The position numbers and the translations under genes are program-made. Source: Podarcis pityusensis (lineage: Eukaryota). From it: a stretch of 64,000 nucleotides of DNA. The notes under the pieces are model-generated. The model was given only the letters and a program-made list of their open reading frames with translations, searched no databases and was not told the origin of the DNA. Shown one piece after another: positions 22,790 through 35,310 of this stretch (position 1 is its first letter; every line of letters starts with the position of its first letter). The stretch lies in NCBI GenBank assembly GCA_964106645.2, contig OZ067044.1; one strand, 5' to 3'.

Positions 22790-24539
22790 ATAATTATTGA
22801 TAGGACTCAAAACAAGCTAGCAACCCGTTTGTCGTTGCATTAACTAAAACAGGGGATCGTTTAAACTCTACTAAATTATATAAACGTTTCCGCACTATCT
22901 AGAATAAAAAGGGCCCTTCTAGTTTAAAGAATGACACTAACGGTAGACATTGTGTAATTTCTACTATACCAACAGAATGCTGAAAACTACATTTTTTAAT
23001 TTTAAAAAATAAGGGAAGTTTCTAGTAATGACAATTTGGTATGAATAGATAATTTGGTATGAATAGACAATAGATTCCAATACCTTTAGGCAAATCAGTA
23101 TATAATGGATGATGTGGTGTAGCCCCTCTCCTACTGTTTATTTTCTAATGAATATTTTTATTCATTTTTAGGTCAACAGGAGTATATAACCAACCAAGAA
23201 CATCACACTGTATTGGTCTTTACAACCTCTTCAATGTCCGCATTGGCTCAGTTCAATAAATCATTCCACAGGCTCAACTCCTCTCATATTGTTAAGGGTG
23301 GCTGATCCTGCTTTAGGCGGTCCGCCTGCTATTAGGGCTATGCATTAGATTGGAATTTAGAAAGCTGAGAGAGATGATACCCAGGTTCTTGGCACTTATG
23401 ATACTGGGTGGCCAAAGCTCCTCACTTTCAGTCAATGACAAAAGGAGAACAAACTTTCTTTTCCTGATGAAGGCAGTAAATGGATAAGAGAGGACAGCAC
23501 CAGCTTACCTGGGCATCATTCTCTTCATCAATCCCAAATATAAACAGATTATTTCTTTCTTTGGAGGGGAAATGAGGGATGGGGAAAGGGATGTTTTCTC
23601 TGACACCACACAAGGTCTTCAGGTTCACACGACCTTAAGTAGTAGCTGGCACTGCCATCTCTTCAAGTTGCCAATTTGCACACACAAATTTATGGCAACA
23701 GTAGAGATGAAGCACCTGAAATAAATTATCCTATTTTGGTGAGCAGGGAAGGAGAAGAAAAATGGTGAACTGTATACAGTATGCATAGCATAAAGTTTAT
23801 CTTGCCCAGATTGTTGGATCTCAGATATGGCAATTTTAAACTGTCACCAAAAACATAAGGCTTCTTATTGCTTCCTCTTTGCTTTGGAATAAAACACCAA
23901 AGTATAAGAAAGTGAGGGCTTCACAGTTCTGGCTCCAACCAGCAAATCTAGATTTCTGCATATCAAAGCCACTTCTAGTTCACTGAACAAAGGCAGTCTG
24001 TAATGTTCACTTTAGTGGCTATGAAGCAGAAGGAAGGAACAAGGGAGAAAGATGGTTCAATTAGGCTTCAGAACTTTAGACAAAGGTTACTCAAATAAGC
24101 AATGTACTGAAACTATGAGTAGCATTTCTGCTCTGTAATTTGTAATAACATGACACCTCAGCTTGCGCAAAAGCACCACAGTGTATACTAATAGCACCCT
24201 TATTATTAGATTTTCTGCATGGTTACATAAGCCCATAAAAAGAAAAAAAATGTAAATGATTCAAGAAGATAGTGTTGCAGTTTTCATGAAGTCTTTAATA
24301 ATCTGAGGCCTGAGAAAGATCCCTGCTGGCAAGAAACTATCAATTTTAATGCTTCATTAAAACTGTTCTTTTGAGTATTTTAAAAAGAAAATGCTGATAG
24401 GCAAATGAAGCAAAAACATTTTTTAAAGTAAGGGTTTTGTGCTAATTTCTGCCATTAGATCTTTCATGCTTATCCTGAAAAACTATATGCATAATTCTTT
24501 GTCTGCCCAATAGGTCTACTTTGCCCTATAGGATAGCAG

Positions 24540-24542
<3 letters not shown>

Positions 24543-24583
<41 letters not shown>
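24543..24583. repeat. (TG)20 microsatellite
   Basis: Direct reading. Confidence 0.95.
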
Positions 24584-24585
<2 letters not shown>

Positions 24586-24813
24586 ACATAATATATATAT
24601 GGGCCAAGTAAGGGCAAAAGAAAGGAGGATTGTGCAGAGATTCTGATGATCAGAAAAGGCTAATTCCTTGCTGCATTGCAAATTATAATCATTGTGATTC
24701 TTTCCTACAAACTGCTATGAAAGTCTAGTTAATATTCTTTAGACAAGAGTTATCTTCTAAAAAGTGCAGCAAAGAATACTCATAATCCTGAAACATTGAT
24801 AAGCCCCACAGAT

Positions 24814-24848
24814 TCATAGAATTGTAGAGTTGGAAGGGACCCCGAGAC
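24814..24848 (-). mobile_element. Extreme 3' tail of a CR1 or CR1-tailed SINE
   Basis: tcatagaattgtagagttggaagggaccc is the reverse complement of the tail seen at 38851-38878. Confidence 0.6.
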
Positions 24849-25574
24849 CCCTTTACTTGTAAAATGCTAGTGTCAATTTATTTACTTTTGAAAATAAGCA
24901 TTAATATCAAGTTAATTTTGTCTAGACTGAAATGTCACTCTTGGAATTACATTTTATCTGCCACCTCTGCTGGGGAGGTGGCAGTTGTTAATACTGGCTG
25001 CTGTGCAGTAGTATGTGTTAATTTAAATACATGCAGATTTACCATAGTACCATGCCATGAAAAGTGCCTTTGTTTCAACCATAGAGTGCACAGAGTATGC
25101 TCTATAGGAGACAAAAATATGTTTGTGATGGCATGTCACCTTGCCCAATGATTGGTCCCTGACACAAATGTATGTCTTCAACGTCAGTTTACAGAGCTCA
25201 CAAAGTATGCCTGTCTTCCCCTTACATTACATTTTGAGAGTGTGCACATTAAATGTAACATGCAAAGTAACCTCTGATCTGATTATCTGGTGCAAATCGA
25301 CGGGCATCTAGGTGAAAGCTTACAGCAGATTGACACAGAAGGAAAGTCGAATTGAGGTATGTGAACTTCCTAGGGATAAGGCCTCCATGAGGAATCATCC
25401 CTGCCTTGCCCTGCCATTCAATTAGAATGTAGTTTCTTGCTCCTACGGTATTTACCATCTCACTTGCACTCAATTCTCACTTTCCACTTTCTGATATATG
25501 TAGGAAGTCTCTGCATATTTGTGCGCATGCCACTGCGTTGAATGACCACAGTTGAGGCAGCAATTGTTGAGTCC

Positions 25575-25708
25575 CAACAGCAGGAGAAGGCTATTGTCCT
25601 CGCATCAGGTGGGCCTCCCATAGACACCTGGTTTATCATTGTGACAAACAGGTTGATGGACTAGATAGGCTTTTGGCTGGAACCGGCAGGATTCTTAATG
25701 CTCTTATG
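25575..25708 (+). mobile_element. Old CR1-type 3'UTR fragment
   Basis: gggcctcccatagacacctggttt...ggactagataggcttttggctggaaccggcaggattcttaatgctcttatg. Confidence 0.55.
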
Positions 25709-26472
25709 CATCATTTTGCGATTGATTCAATACAAAATGAAAAAAAAAGTTGTTAGAAAGGTAAATGCTCAGAAAAGTTATCAGTTGATAAAGTGTACAC
25801 AAGTAAGAACAAGGGTCACTTTGCAAAAGTAAAAAAAAAAGTGGTTAAATATTTCAAGATGCTAAACTTGAAAGATTCATAGATCTGTTTTGTAACAAAT
25901 GCCAGTTCATTCCACCCTGAATGAAATCTGATACCCAATGTAAACACAGATGAGGATCTTGCACACCCAATTAATCTTCCCTGCAAGTTCCCACAAAGAT
26001 GAATCTGACTGGTTTCATTATTACCACAACTCTTCAATGGCACTTAATAATACTGAATTAGACTGGTTTCATGCTGATACCACAAAAAAACTCTTCTCTT
26101 CTGCCACTGCTCAGGGCTGCTCCACACACAACTAACTTTCCTACGTGTATATAATTTCCACGTGGGAGCATGCATGAACATGCATGTACTGCCAGATGAA
26201 GAATGCACACATCTATTGTCCCATGTGCATACAGAGAAAGAAGCTGTAGTTGGCAATAGGTTCCCACAGTAAAATAAGGAGATATAAATTTGTGACATTG
26301 TCACTACAGGCATGAATAATTTACATATGATTTGGTTTCTTGAGAATATACTAAACTTTATGCTGAGGACAGTTTGGAAACTGCAGCTAGACAAGAACTG
26401 CAGATAGACTGGGTGAAAACTTCTTACCTTGCCTGCACTGAAACAACTACAATTCTTCCCAGTGAGCATGAC

Positions 26473-26838
26473 AGGCCAATTTGAAGTGCTGGTCTTAACC
26501 TTTCAAGCCCTACATGACTTAAGACCTAGATATTTGATGGATCAATTTCTCATATTCATCCACCACTGAGATCATTATCTGAGGCCTTTCTCCAGATGTC
26601 CTCAGCATCTAAAGTGACCCTTTTCTGTAGTGGTTGCTCACCTTTCAAATGAGCTCTGTAGCAGGCCAGCCTAAAAACATCACTGCTATAATTTATGCGC
26701 CAGGCAAAAACATTTCCATTTCCCCAGGCTTTTAAGAACTGCTAATGGAAGCATTCTTTAACTTGAACAGTTTGATTTTACTATCTATTAAATTGGTCAC
26801 TGCAGTTTTAGTTTTGTTTCAATTTGCTGTATTAGTGC

Positions 26839-26871
<33 letters not shown>

Positions 26872-26950
26872 TTGTTATTATTTTTAAATGGTAGTTTTGT
26901 TCCTTACCACTCGTTAGCTGCCCTGGGAACATAAATCTATGTTGAGGGCT
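26473..26950 (+). mobile_element. L2 LINE 3' end (decayed ORF2 C-terminus and tail), containing (TAA)n at ~26840-26870
   Basis: Translates to QFEVLVLTFQALHDLRPRYL, compared with the L2 motif FKVLVLTFKALHGLGP.YL. Also gccaggcaaaaacatttccatttccccaggctttt. Confidence 0.65.
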
Positions 26951-29900
26951 TAAGATATACATTATGTACCCAAACCAACAAACCCAATAGTGGGTTAGGC
27001 CTCCATATTAGTATACAGTATTTCAACCCAACAAGTATAGAAAGTGGATAATAGAGTTCAGGTCTACTAGACTGTATAAATGTAGATGGCTGATTCAGGA
27101 TAACAACCCTGAATCAACAATATCCGTTGTCAACAATTATATAAACAAACTTTGTATATGCTTCAGAATGTGAGAATCTGTGGCTTGCTGCCATATAATG
27201 TAGGAAGAGGTTTGTCTGAGCCCACAACTATATCTTCATATAGATAGTTCTAAACAAAGAAAAATACATTTTCAATTGTATTTTTGTGTGGATTTAAGAG
27301 AGGTTTCTTATCCATATCTATGCCACTCATTTATTTTATTTTGGTTCATTTCCTTTTTTGTTAAGCTAAAGAACACCTTTGATTTCACGAAGGCACACTT
27401 GAAAATGGACACAGCACTACATAATAAACAACGAAGTATACTGATCAATACCTTTCAGACCCATTGCTGTTTTCTCCCTGGACTCTCCCCTTTCTTAGAA
27501 TTCTTTATTAAGAAACACCCGAAACTTCTAGAGCAAAGCAATACTGTTCAGCTCATTTGAGAATGAACTTGTGTGCAGGCTTGCCACTGTACAGGAATAA
27601 AAAAGCGCACTATGCCTTGACCTCACTCAAGAACACACAGTTACTTGCTGTAAAGCCAAATTGTTCCAGTGAAGCCAATTTGAAGATCCATACAGTTAAG
27701 CTTACTCTTTTTACCCGCTGAAGCTGAAACAGCAGACAAAGAGACTGAGTTCCTGAGATACTATATGTGTGGCAGAGAAATGTTTCCATAGAGAGTTTTG
27801 CAGCAAAACAGAATCGCTGCCTTTTATCAGATAAGCACACACTAGCAAAGCGTCCAGCATGATTTTTTTAATGGCTAAATCCTGGGGAAAATGTGAAGAA
27901 TGTTTGGCTAGAAACATGCTTTCCCAATGAACACAAAACTTGGCTTGTTAGCTGCAGGACTCAAAGCAGATTGTTCAGTGCAGATGCATTTATTTAAGCA
28001 AAAGACAGAAAACAAGTGTTTTGGTACAAGTTTCCTTTAGCCAGACCTCCAGTTTACTAGTCTGTGTGGCAGGAAGGTTCAAACCCTCAAGTATTTAGGT
28101 GATATTATATAAAACACAGCTCTTCTATGTTTGGTTTGAAACTCTTGTTAAGACCTTCTGGTTTTCCCCCCTTGGGATGTATTTAACAAGTAAATGGACC
28201 ACGAAGTCCCACAAGCTTCCACGTTAGGACTTTCATGGTGACCAAGATTATTACACCACAAGTAAACTGTGCTGGTGGCAAGGTGGGAACAATGCACAAC
28301 CATGAGAGCGATGCGTACTATTAACATTGCTGCAAGGATACATCATGTGATTTCCACTCTATCTTGGTATCTGCGTGGGTGTACGGTGATGCAATTTTAC
28401 ATGATGTCAGATTTCCAAGCCTACACACTTTCCCCCTAGGAAAAAAAAAAGCCCCCTTGCTGAATTTTGAGTAACATCACACACATTATGTTTTGGAAAA
28501 GCAAACTTAAAATAAGATTTTTTAAATGGCTCACAATGTTATTCAAAGCATCTGCATTTGAAACTGGAAAGTCAGCATTTCTGAAATAACCTACTGTACT
28601 AAACACCACTCGTTTCAGGCTTGAGCACTGCATTAAGGAAGTTAAGAAGTATCTGACTACTTTTGGATTAAAGATCCACAAAACCGATTTTGTGCCTCAT
28701 GTTATGGGCTGAAAATGAGGTAATTTCAGGTGCTGTGTAAGTGGGCTATAATTACAACCAAGCCTCATACAAATATCCTGAGAGGTGTTTGTCACTGACA
28801 ATGTTGTTTTGCCACTCCAAAAAGCCCCTTTATCATAGCTTCACTGGAAAGCACAGCCTATTCTACCTCTGAAAGTGTTTTGAGCTTGTACCAATCTGCT
28901 TGGCTTCTCTATTTATGGGCGTAAACATGGTCAATATACGGCAGGAGTGTGAGTTCAACGCCATCACTTACAAGTTGTGTGGACAGAACCAGGAGCAATT
29001 ATTGAGTTTCCTTGATGGTTAGCATCTGACAGATGTCTCAGAGATATCAGTTTTAAAACTTGACAAAAAGAAAGCACATTTTGCTCTTTAACACAAACAG
29101 CCAACCTGCCACGATTATTCAGTTCACATTTATGCCAAGTATGACAGCAACCTTAAGCCATGAATTAAACTGGTAAAATTTCCCTCCCTTAATCAACTCA
29201 AAAGATATTTACTGCTTTCAGTCTGTGTGATGTGTGCACTCACTAAAATGAATCAGTTACTCAATTTAAAGGTTTTGGCCTCTGCTCATACTAGTTGCTT
29301 TACCAGTATAACAATAAGTGTCCAAATTGCCATTTGTTAGTACATATGTCAGTTTGTGGGAACTAGTAACTTGGTCTTACCTTTGCATATTTCTGATGCA
29401 CCTCTACTCCACCCCAGTCCTTTTGCAAGCCCCTTCTTTTTCCTGCAACATCCACGTCCCACAGTATGTGGGTGAGAGAAGAGAGTGGTCAAAAGATTTG
29501 ATGCAGGAGAGTTGCTGCACCTGCGTTCTGTCTTAACGCTGTGGAGCATTGTACAGATATAAGCAGAGTCTCTTGTAACCTCATTCCTTTCGTGAGGGAA
29601 CAAGAGAAAGCACGATTATGTAAAATGCCACCAGCTATACACAAAACGCTTTTCCAAATTAACTGCAAAGACGAAAGCGAGAATGCCCAACCTGAGTATA
29701 CATAACTTCTTGTGAAGACTGATGTCAGTATGGAAATTACAATGCAGAACATGCTGCTGTGTCTTGTGTCTGCAGCTGGCCAATCTACACAAACAGTTTT
29801 CTCACATATACAGTAACAAGGAGCACAAGGGGACTCCCATATGAGACTGTATTTGAAAGGGTGGTGGACAGGAGAGGCATCTCCTCTCTCCGCAGCCTTC

Positions 29901-30075
29901 TGCTCCCTGTTTTAATTTGAAAACATCATGTCTTTTACGTCAAGAAAGGGGATGGAAAAGAAGAATAGCCAGCAGGGCACAAGGTAGGGGGGCTGCAGTA
30001 CAGTGAACAGATGAGCCTTCTTATCTTAACTACACTGCACTGTGTAGTTTCCCAAACTTGGGTCTCCAGCTGCAC

Positions 30076-30213
30076 CAATGTTTCCCAAACTTGGGTCTCC
30101 AGCTGTTTTTGGACTACAATTTCCATCATCCCTGACCACTGGTCTTGCTAGCTAGGGATGATGGGAGTTGTAGTCCAAAAAAACAGCTGGAGACCCAAGT
30201 TTGGGAAACACTG
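30076..30213. mobile_element. Palindromic hAT-type MITE with an extra partial left end at 30047-30072
   Basis: caatgtttcccaaacttgggtctccagctg...cagctggagacccaagtttgggaaacactg. Confidence 0.88.
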
Positions 30214-31664
30214 CACCAGATAGACAACCTTAATGAACAGTAGCCCCCACCTCCGTGAAAAGGCATCCTTTACCTCCTGCATTTATTGCAAGAAGTACAA
30301 TGCATGCCCCAAAGGTATCATAGCCCAATTTCAGCATATTGCATGCTACACTCAAATGAATATAGCAAAGGCCCAATCATTTTTTGAAATGGAATGCAGC
30401 TTTGGGAACAGGGAAATTCAGAGAGCAGGAGAAGCAGCTCCCCTATATAATCATGGAGCAAACATGTTCCTGGACTTGGGGACAGAAATGAAGTGACTGT
30501 CAAAATAACTTCTCTTACATTCATCTTCAGCTGTCCATCCTTGAAAAGTGTCACTTAAGACTGAGCAGGAAAGTATTTTTTCACACTTTCAGTGCTTGCT
30601 CTTTCACATTTTAGCAGTATGGCATTTACAGTCAGAACAACTGCTCACTGCCCTGCCATCCAAACATCGCAAACATCCACAGCTTGTTCGCTCTGCACTG
30701 TTAAGTTTTCAAGTAGATTCTTGGGTGAGCTGGAGCAACTCCTAGCATTAATTTCGTTTCTCTCAGGGCCAAGTAAATCTGCCAAACAGCAATTTTCACA
30801 ACATGCTTTGTAATGAAGCATTATGAACATCTTCTCTACACAGCCTTAACTTTCTTTTTCACTCTGGGATATTGTCATTTCAGCACTCGGGAGACAAACA
30901 GCTGAATGACAGCCTTGAAAATAAAAGCCTTTATAATGTGGCCAGGAGTATTTGGCAGCAGCTGCTATTCCTTCGCACACATTTCCCATCATCTTTCCAG
31001 GCCTAGAAGCAAGCTTCGTTTTCAATGAGCTACTCTTCCACCACTGCATTGATGGCTTCCTTTTCATAATAATCTTACTTTGTCTAAAGAAAACTACGCC
31101 AGTCCAAAGACTATTACTGAGAACTGTAACAGTGATCAATAGTATTCTCAATGTGCACAAAGCACCAAATTATATAAAACAGAAACTACCCTGAGCCATG
31201 CCAGGATGCTTGTGTTATCCCCAATACTGTCTCTGCAGTTGTCAGTGTAACTGTTTTGCTTTCAGGAGAGGCTCACCCAAGCAGAGGAGAGCTGCAGCAG
31301 TAGTTTCCGAGGGGCAGAGTCATTGCAGAAGCACACACAGGTGAAAGGAAGAGGAAGCAGCAAGGCAGGGACTGCACAAGCACACCAGCAGTGTCAATCT
31401 GGTGCACCCACAGAGCTCCAACCTCATCACCACCTAGCCGCCCCCCCCAAGGCTATTGGAGTGGCTCCACCCTATAGGGCAAGCTGCTTCTGTTTCCTTT
31501 TAGATGATGAATGCTGTCTGTTCTTTACGCATTTCGTTTTGCTCTTGATGATATCCCTCTCCACCTGCCCTCACCCATGTTTGCATATCAGAGACCAACA
31601 ACCGTTTGGGGTTCATGAGCACATTTGCAAACTAGAGGAACTCTTAAGAACATAAGAAGAGTGG

Positions 31665-32092
31665 CTGGATGGAGGAATTGACCTGGTATGTGTAACAGAG
31701 ACTCGGTTGGACGAGGCAGATGGGTCTGTTCTTGCCACTGCTTGTCCACCAGGTTTCTCTTATGCACAGCAACCCAGGTCATATGGGCACGAAGGGAGCG
31801 TTCCATTGATTTTTAGGAAGTCATTAGCTTGCACCAGGCATCCTATTGGGAAGACCCAGTTTTCTGAGTGCATATCCTGGAAGTTGGGAAACGTGCAGTA
31901 CAGGATTCCTTTTGGTGTACAGACATCCCTGCTGCACCAAGAATTCCCTGCCTGAGCTGCTTTAGGTCGTGGCGGATGTTCTCCTGGAGACACCTAGTAT
32001 GGCTGTCCTAGAGGATTTTAACATCCATGCCAACACGAACTTGCAAGGGGTCACTCAGGACTTCATGAAAAGCATGGCCTCCATAGGGCTTT
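31665..32092 (+). mobile_element. L2-clade LINE APE endonuclease fragment (frameshifted)
   Basis: DLVCVTETRLDE...CPPGFSY.QQPR...LLVYRHP...AVLEDFNIH...DFMKSMASIGL matches the APE motifs (ITETW, YRPP, GDFNIH). Confidence 0.8.
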
Positions 32093-32661
32093 CCTTGATA
32101 GCCCTCACCTCCATGAATTCTCTAATCGTCCAGGGTGGTGGCCATACCCGCTAACTGTGGGAGCAAGCTCCATCATTTAATTATGCGCTGAGTGAAGACT
32201 TTTATCTGTCTTGAACCTTCCAAGATCCAGTTTCATCAGATGCCCATGAATTCTAGTGTTATGAGAAAGGGATAAAACTTTTCTCTATCCACCTTCTTCT
32301 TGCCATGCATAATTTTGCGAATTCTACCATATCACATCTCGCTTGCCTTTTATCTAAACCAGGGTTTCCCAAACTTTGGTCTCCAGCTGTTGCTGGACTA
32401 CAACTCCCATCATCCCTAGCTAGCAGGACCAGGGATGATGGGAACTGTAGTCCAAAAACGGATGGAGACCCAAGTTTGGGAAACACTGATCCAAACTAAA
32501 AGGCCCAAACTCTGCAACATTTCTTCATAGAGGAGTCACTCCATCTGCTTGATCATTTTGGATGCCCTTTTCTGAACCTTTTCAAACTCTATTAATATCC
32601 TTTTTGAGACGAGGTGACCAGAACTGTACGCAGTATTCCAAAAGATTTGTATAATGGCATT
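32093..32661 (-). mobile_element. CR1 LINE ORF2 C-terminus and start of 3'UTR, interrupted by a MITE
   Basis: Minus strand gives LEYCVQFWSPRLKKDI...EKVQKRASKMIK...SHNTRIHGHLMKL..GRFKTDK, then ttcatggaggtgagggctatcaa. Confidence 0.85.
32360..32488. mobile_element. Palindromic hAT-type MITE nested in CR1
   Basis: cagggtttcccaaactttggtctccagc...ggagacccaagtttgggaaacactg. TSD atctaaac/atccaaac. Confidence 0.9.
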
Positions 32662-33437
32662 GAGAGGAGCGCAGAAAGAAGAAATGCCACGGTGCTCAAC
32701 CACACACCTTCATCTGTCCCACAGCTGCAACAAAACATGTTATGACCGGCATACTGGGAAGGTTTTGACCAATAACATTCCTTACCTTTGTCAACATGGG
32801 GTCCTAAAAGGTTTTAAATACTGGGCAGTCTCATGTGCCAAAAATTATATTTGCTTTAGATACCCCATGCCCGCAAAAGTGATAACTGAATCTTAGACGT
32901 ATCTTATTCAATTTAATTGGTGTCAAGAGACCATCTGGCTATATTTCAAATTCATGCACAGAATGCTCTTGTTTGTTTCTCCTCAGTGCAGCAAAGGCAA
33001 GAGTGTGGGAGGACTGAATCAGATACGAGTTGCTTTAAACCATAGTTTGTTTTAAGCTATAGTTTAATGCTGCATGCACCAGGTTGTTATTGTTATTACT
33101 ATTTATTCAGCTTCTTCCCTTCCCTTCACCATAAGGTCTCAGGGTGGGCTACAGTAATTTAAACTCAATATTAAAAAGCAGTTTAACAGTAATAGGGTGG
33201 GACCTGAAAATCTCAGATTGTCAAGGGACAGGGTAAAGAGGTGCATCTTCAGCATATGACAGAAATTATATGCTGTGACTAGTCATCTTATGGGTCAGTA
33301 TTTGGGTAAGCAAGTGGACAGGCTGAGATTAGTGGAAAACAATACTAAATGCTTCCAGAGTCTTCCCAGCCACGTAGGAGGAGGAGAGGGGAAGGGGATC
33401 AATGAGTCAGAGTATTGCGCTCGTTCCAACTCATGTA

Positions 33438-33785
33438 AAGGTAAAGGGACCCCTGACCATTAGGTCCAGTCGTGACCGACTCTGGGGTTGCAGCGCTCAT
33501 CTCGCTTTACTGGCCGAGGGAGCTGGAGTACAGCTTCCGGGTCATGTGGCCAGAATGACTAGGCCGCTTCTGGCGAACCAGAGCAGCGCACGGAAACACC
33601 ATTTACCTTCCCGCCGGAGCGGTACCTATTTATCTACTAGCACTGGCATGCTTTCAAACTGCTAGGTTGGCAGGAGCAGGGACCAAGCAACGGGAGCTCA
33701 CCCCGTCGCAGGGATTAGAACTGCCAACCTTCTGATCGGCAAGCCCTCGGCTCTGTGGTTTAACCCACAGCGCCACCCGCTTCCC
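33438..33785 (-). mobile_element. Full-length Sauria SINE
   Basis: tRNA-like head (gggaagcgggtggcgctgtgggttaaaccacagagcc), body and BovB-like tail ending ccctttaccttt. 14-bp TSD ttccaactcatgta at 33424-33437 and 33786-33799. Confidence 0.93.
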
Positions 33786-35154
33786 TTCCAACTCATGTAC
33801 ACAGTGCTAAAACCTAGTTTAGTGGTACACACAAACTGGGTCTCACTGTTTTCCTTCTGTCCCACATTCACTGTATTTCCACTTGGCTCAAGCGGTGTGT
33901 GCAAAACTCCAAGGTACCTTTAGCTCCATGTGAGAAAATGTTCTGAGATTCAACTGGTTCTGATTTTTTTTTTTTTAATGTCCCTTTCCTGCTCACAAGC
34001 CACTTGCATAGTTTGCATAGAAAGTTAATGGCAGGCCAATTCAGTGCAGAGAAGAGGGGGAAAGCCTGTACAGGGGCCCACTGAGTCAGTTCTAAAGATG
34101 TCTTGACATTTTTTCCCTGATAATAGAATGCTATTCTGGGAACTTGCAACTTCCAAATTAGCTTCCTTAACTGCAGGAGTAACCAGCACCACTTCTCTTT
34201 ATAGATCAGCTATGCAGGGTTAAGGAATATTTACAGGAACAGTTTCCTAACTGATTTTAGATACAGCACTTGGCAGCTATCTAAGTTCTTTTAAAGGGTT
34301 CTGCTTTAAGGCACTTTTTTTTGCTGAGGTAGGGTAGGTAAGGAGAGTGCTTCGTTATTTCTATTTGAGAGAAGCTATCAACAGAGATGGTTTTATGAAA
34401 TATCCACTATTTTTGTCTGCAGCGTAAGTTAAGAGACAGCACTTGGCTTTGCCTCATCTGACGCCTATAGCACTCTGCTTTCAAGTTCATAAATAGCAGT
34501 GGAGTGCTGGTCTTCAATTGTGTTTTACTTGAAAGCACAGCCCATTGATTTTAGTAGAACCTGCCAATTAAGATTACAATCTTAATAGTACAGGTTAGTC
34601 TAAAACTGGTTTTAAACACCCCATCATTGTTTGCTTTAATCCTAGCTGAGGCATTTATGAAATAATCGTGCTGCTGTGAAGAGTCATTACATGTACATTT
34701 ACAATCTGAAGTAGACCAGAGCTGTGTGTTATGCGAACATGTTTAGCCACTAACATTAATAGTTTCTCATGCATTTGCTGGGCAAGATAATTGCTTTTCA
34801 ACACAAGTGTAATTGTTTTGGCAGATTTCTTGCTCATTCCATGTGCGTTTGCTTATTCCCTGGAGACTTATCTCTCTTAATTTTTGGGTTCCCATGAGAA
34901 TGTTGATATTACAGCTTTTGATGGATAAAGTTGACTCCACCTCCGCTTTTGTTTTCAACCATGGATTCCATTAAAAAAACGAAATCACATTATTAAAGAG
35001 CTTTAATTATCACTTGGGAAACTTTCTCTGCTTAGCTAACACATATTGCAACTGTTTACAAGTACAATTTCTCCCAATTCGAATGTCGCCATACTGCTCT
35101 GCCCTGGGGTGGAAGAGTGGGTATTTATGTTTAGCCTGCCCTTCCCTCCCAAGT

Positions 35155-35310
35155 CCTTCTCATTTTATCCTCATAAGAATCAAGTGAAATGGGTTAGGCT
35201 GAGAGATGGGTCAGTGGCCTAAGGTTGTACAGTATGTGTCATGGCTGAATGGGGAGTTAAAACCAGGTCTCCAAAGTCAGTCACTCTAATCACTAAACCA
35301 TGCTGGCTCT
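35155..35310 (-). mobile_element. MIR-like CORE-SINE fragment
   Basis: Minus strand agagccagcatggtttagtgattagagtg...accttaggccactgacccatctctcagcctaaccc...tgaggataaaatg gives a tRNA head plus CORE. Confidence 0.65.
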
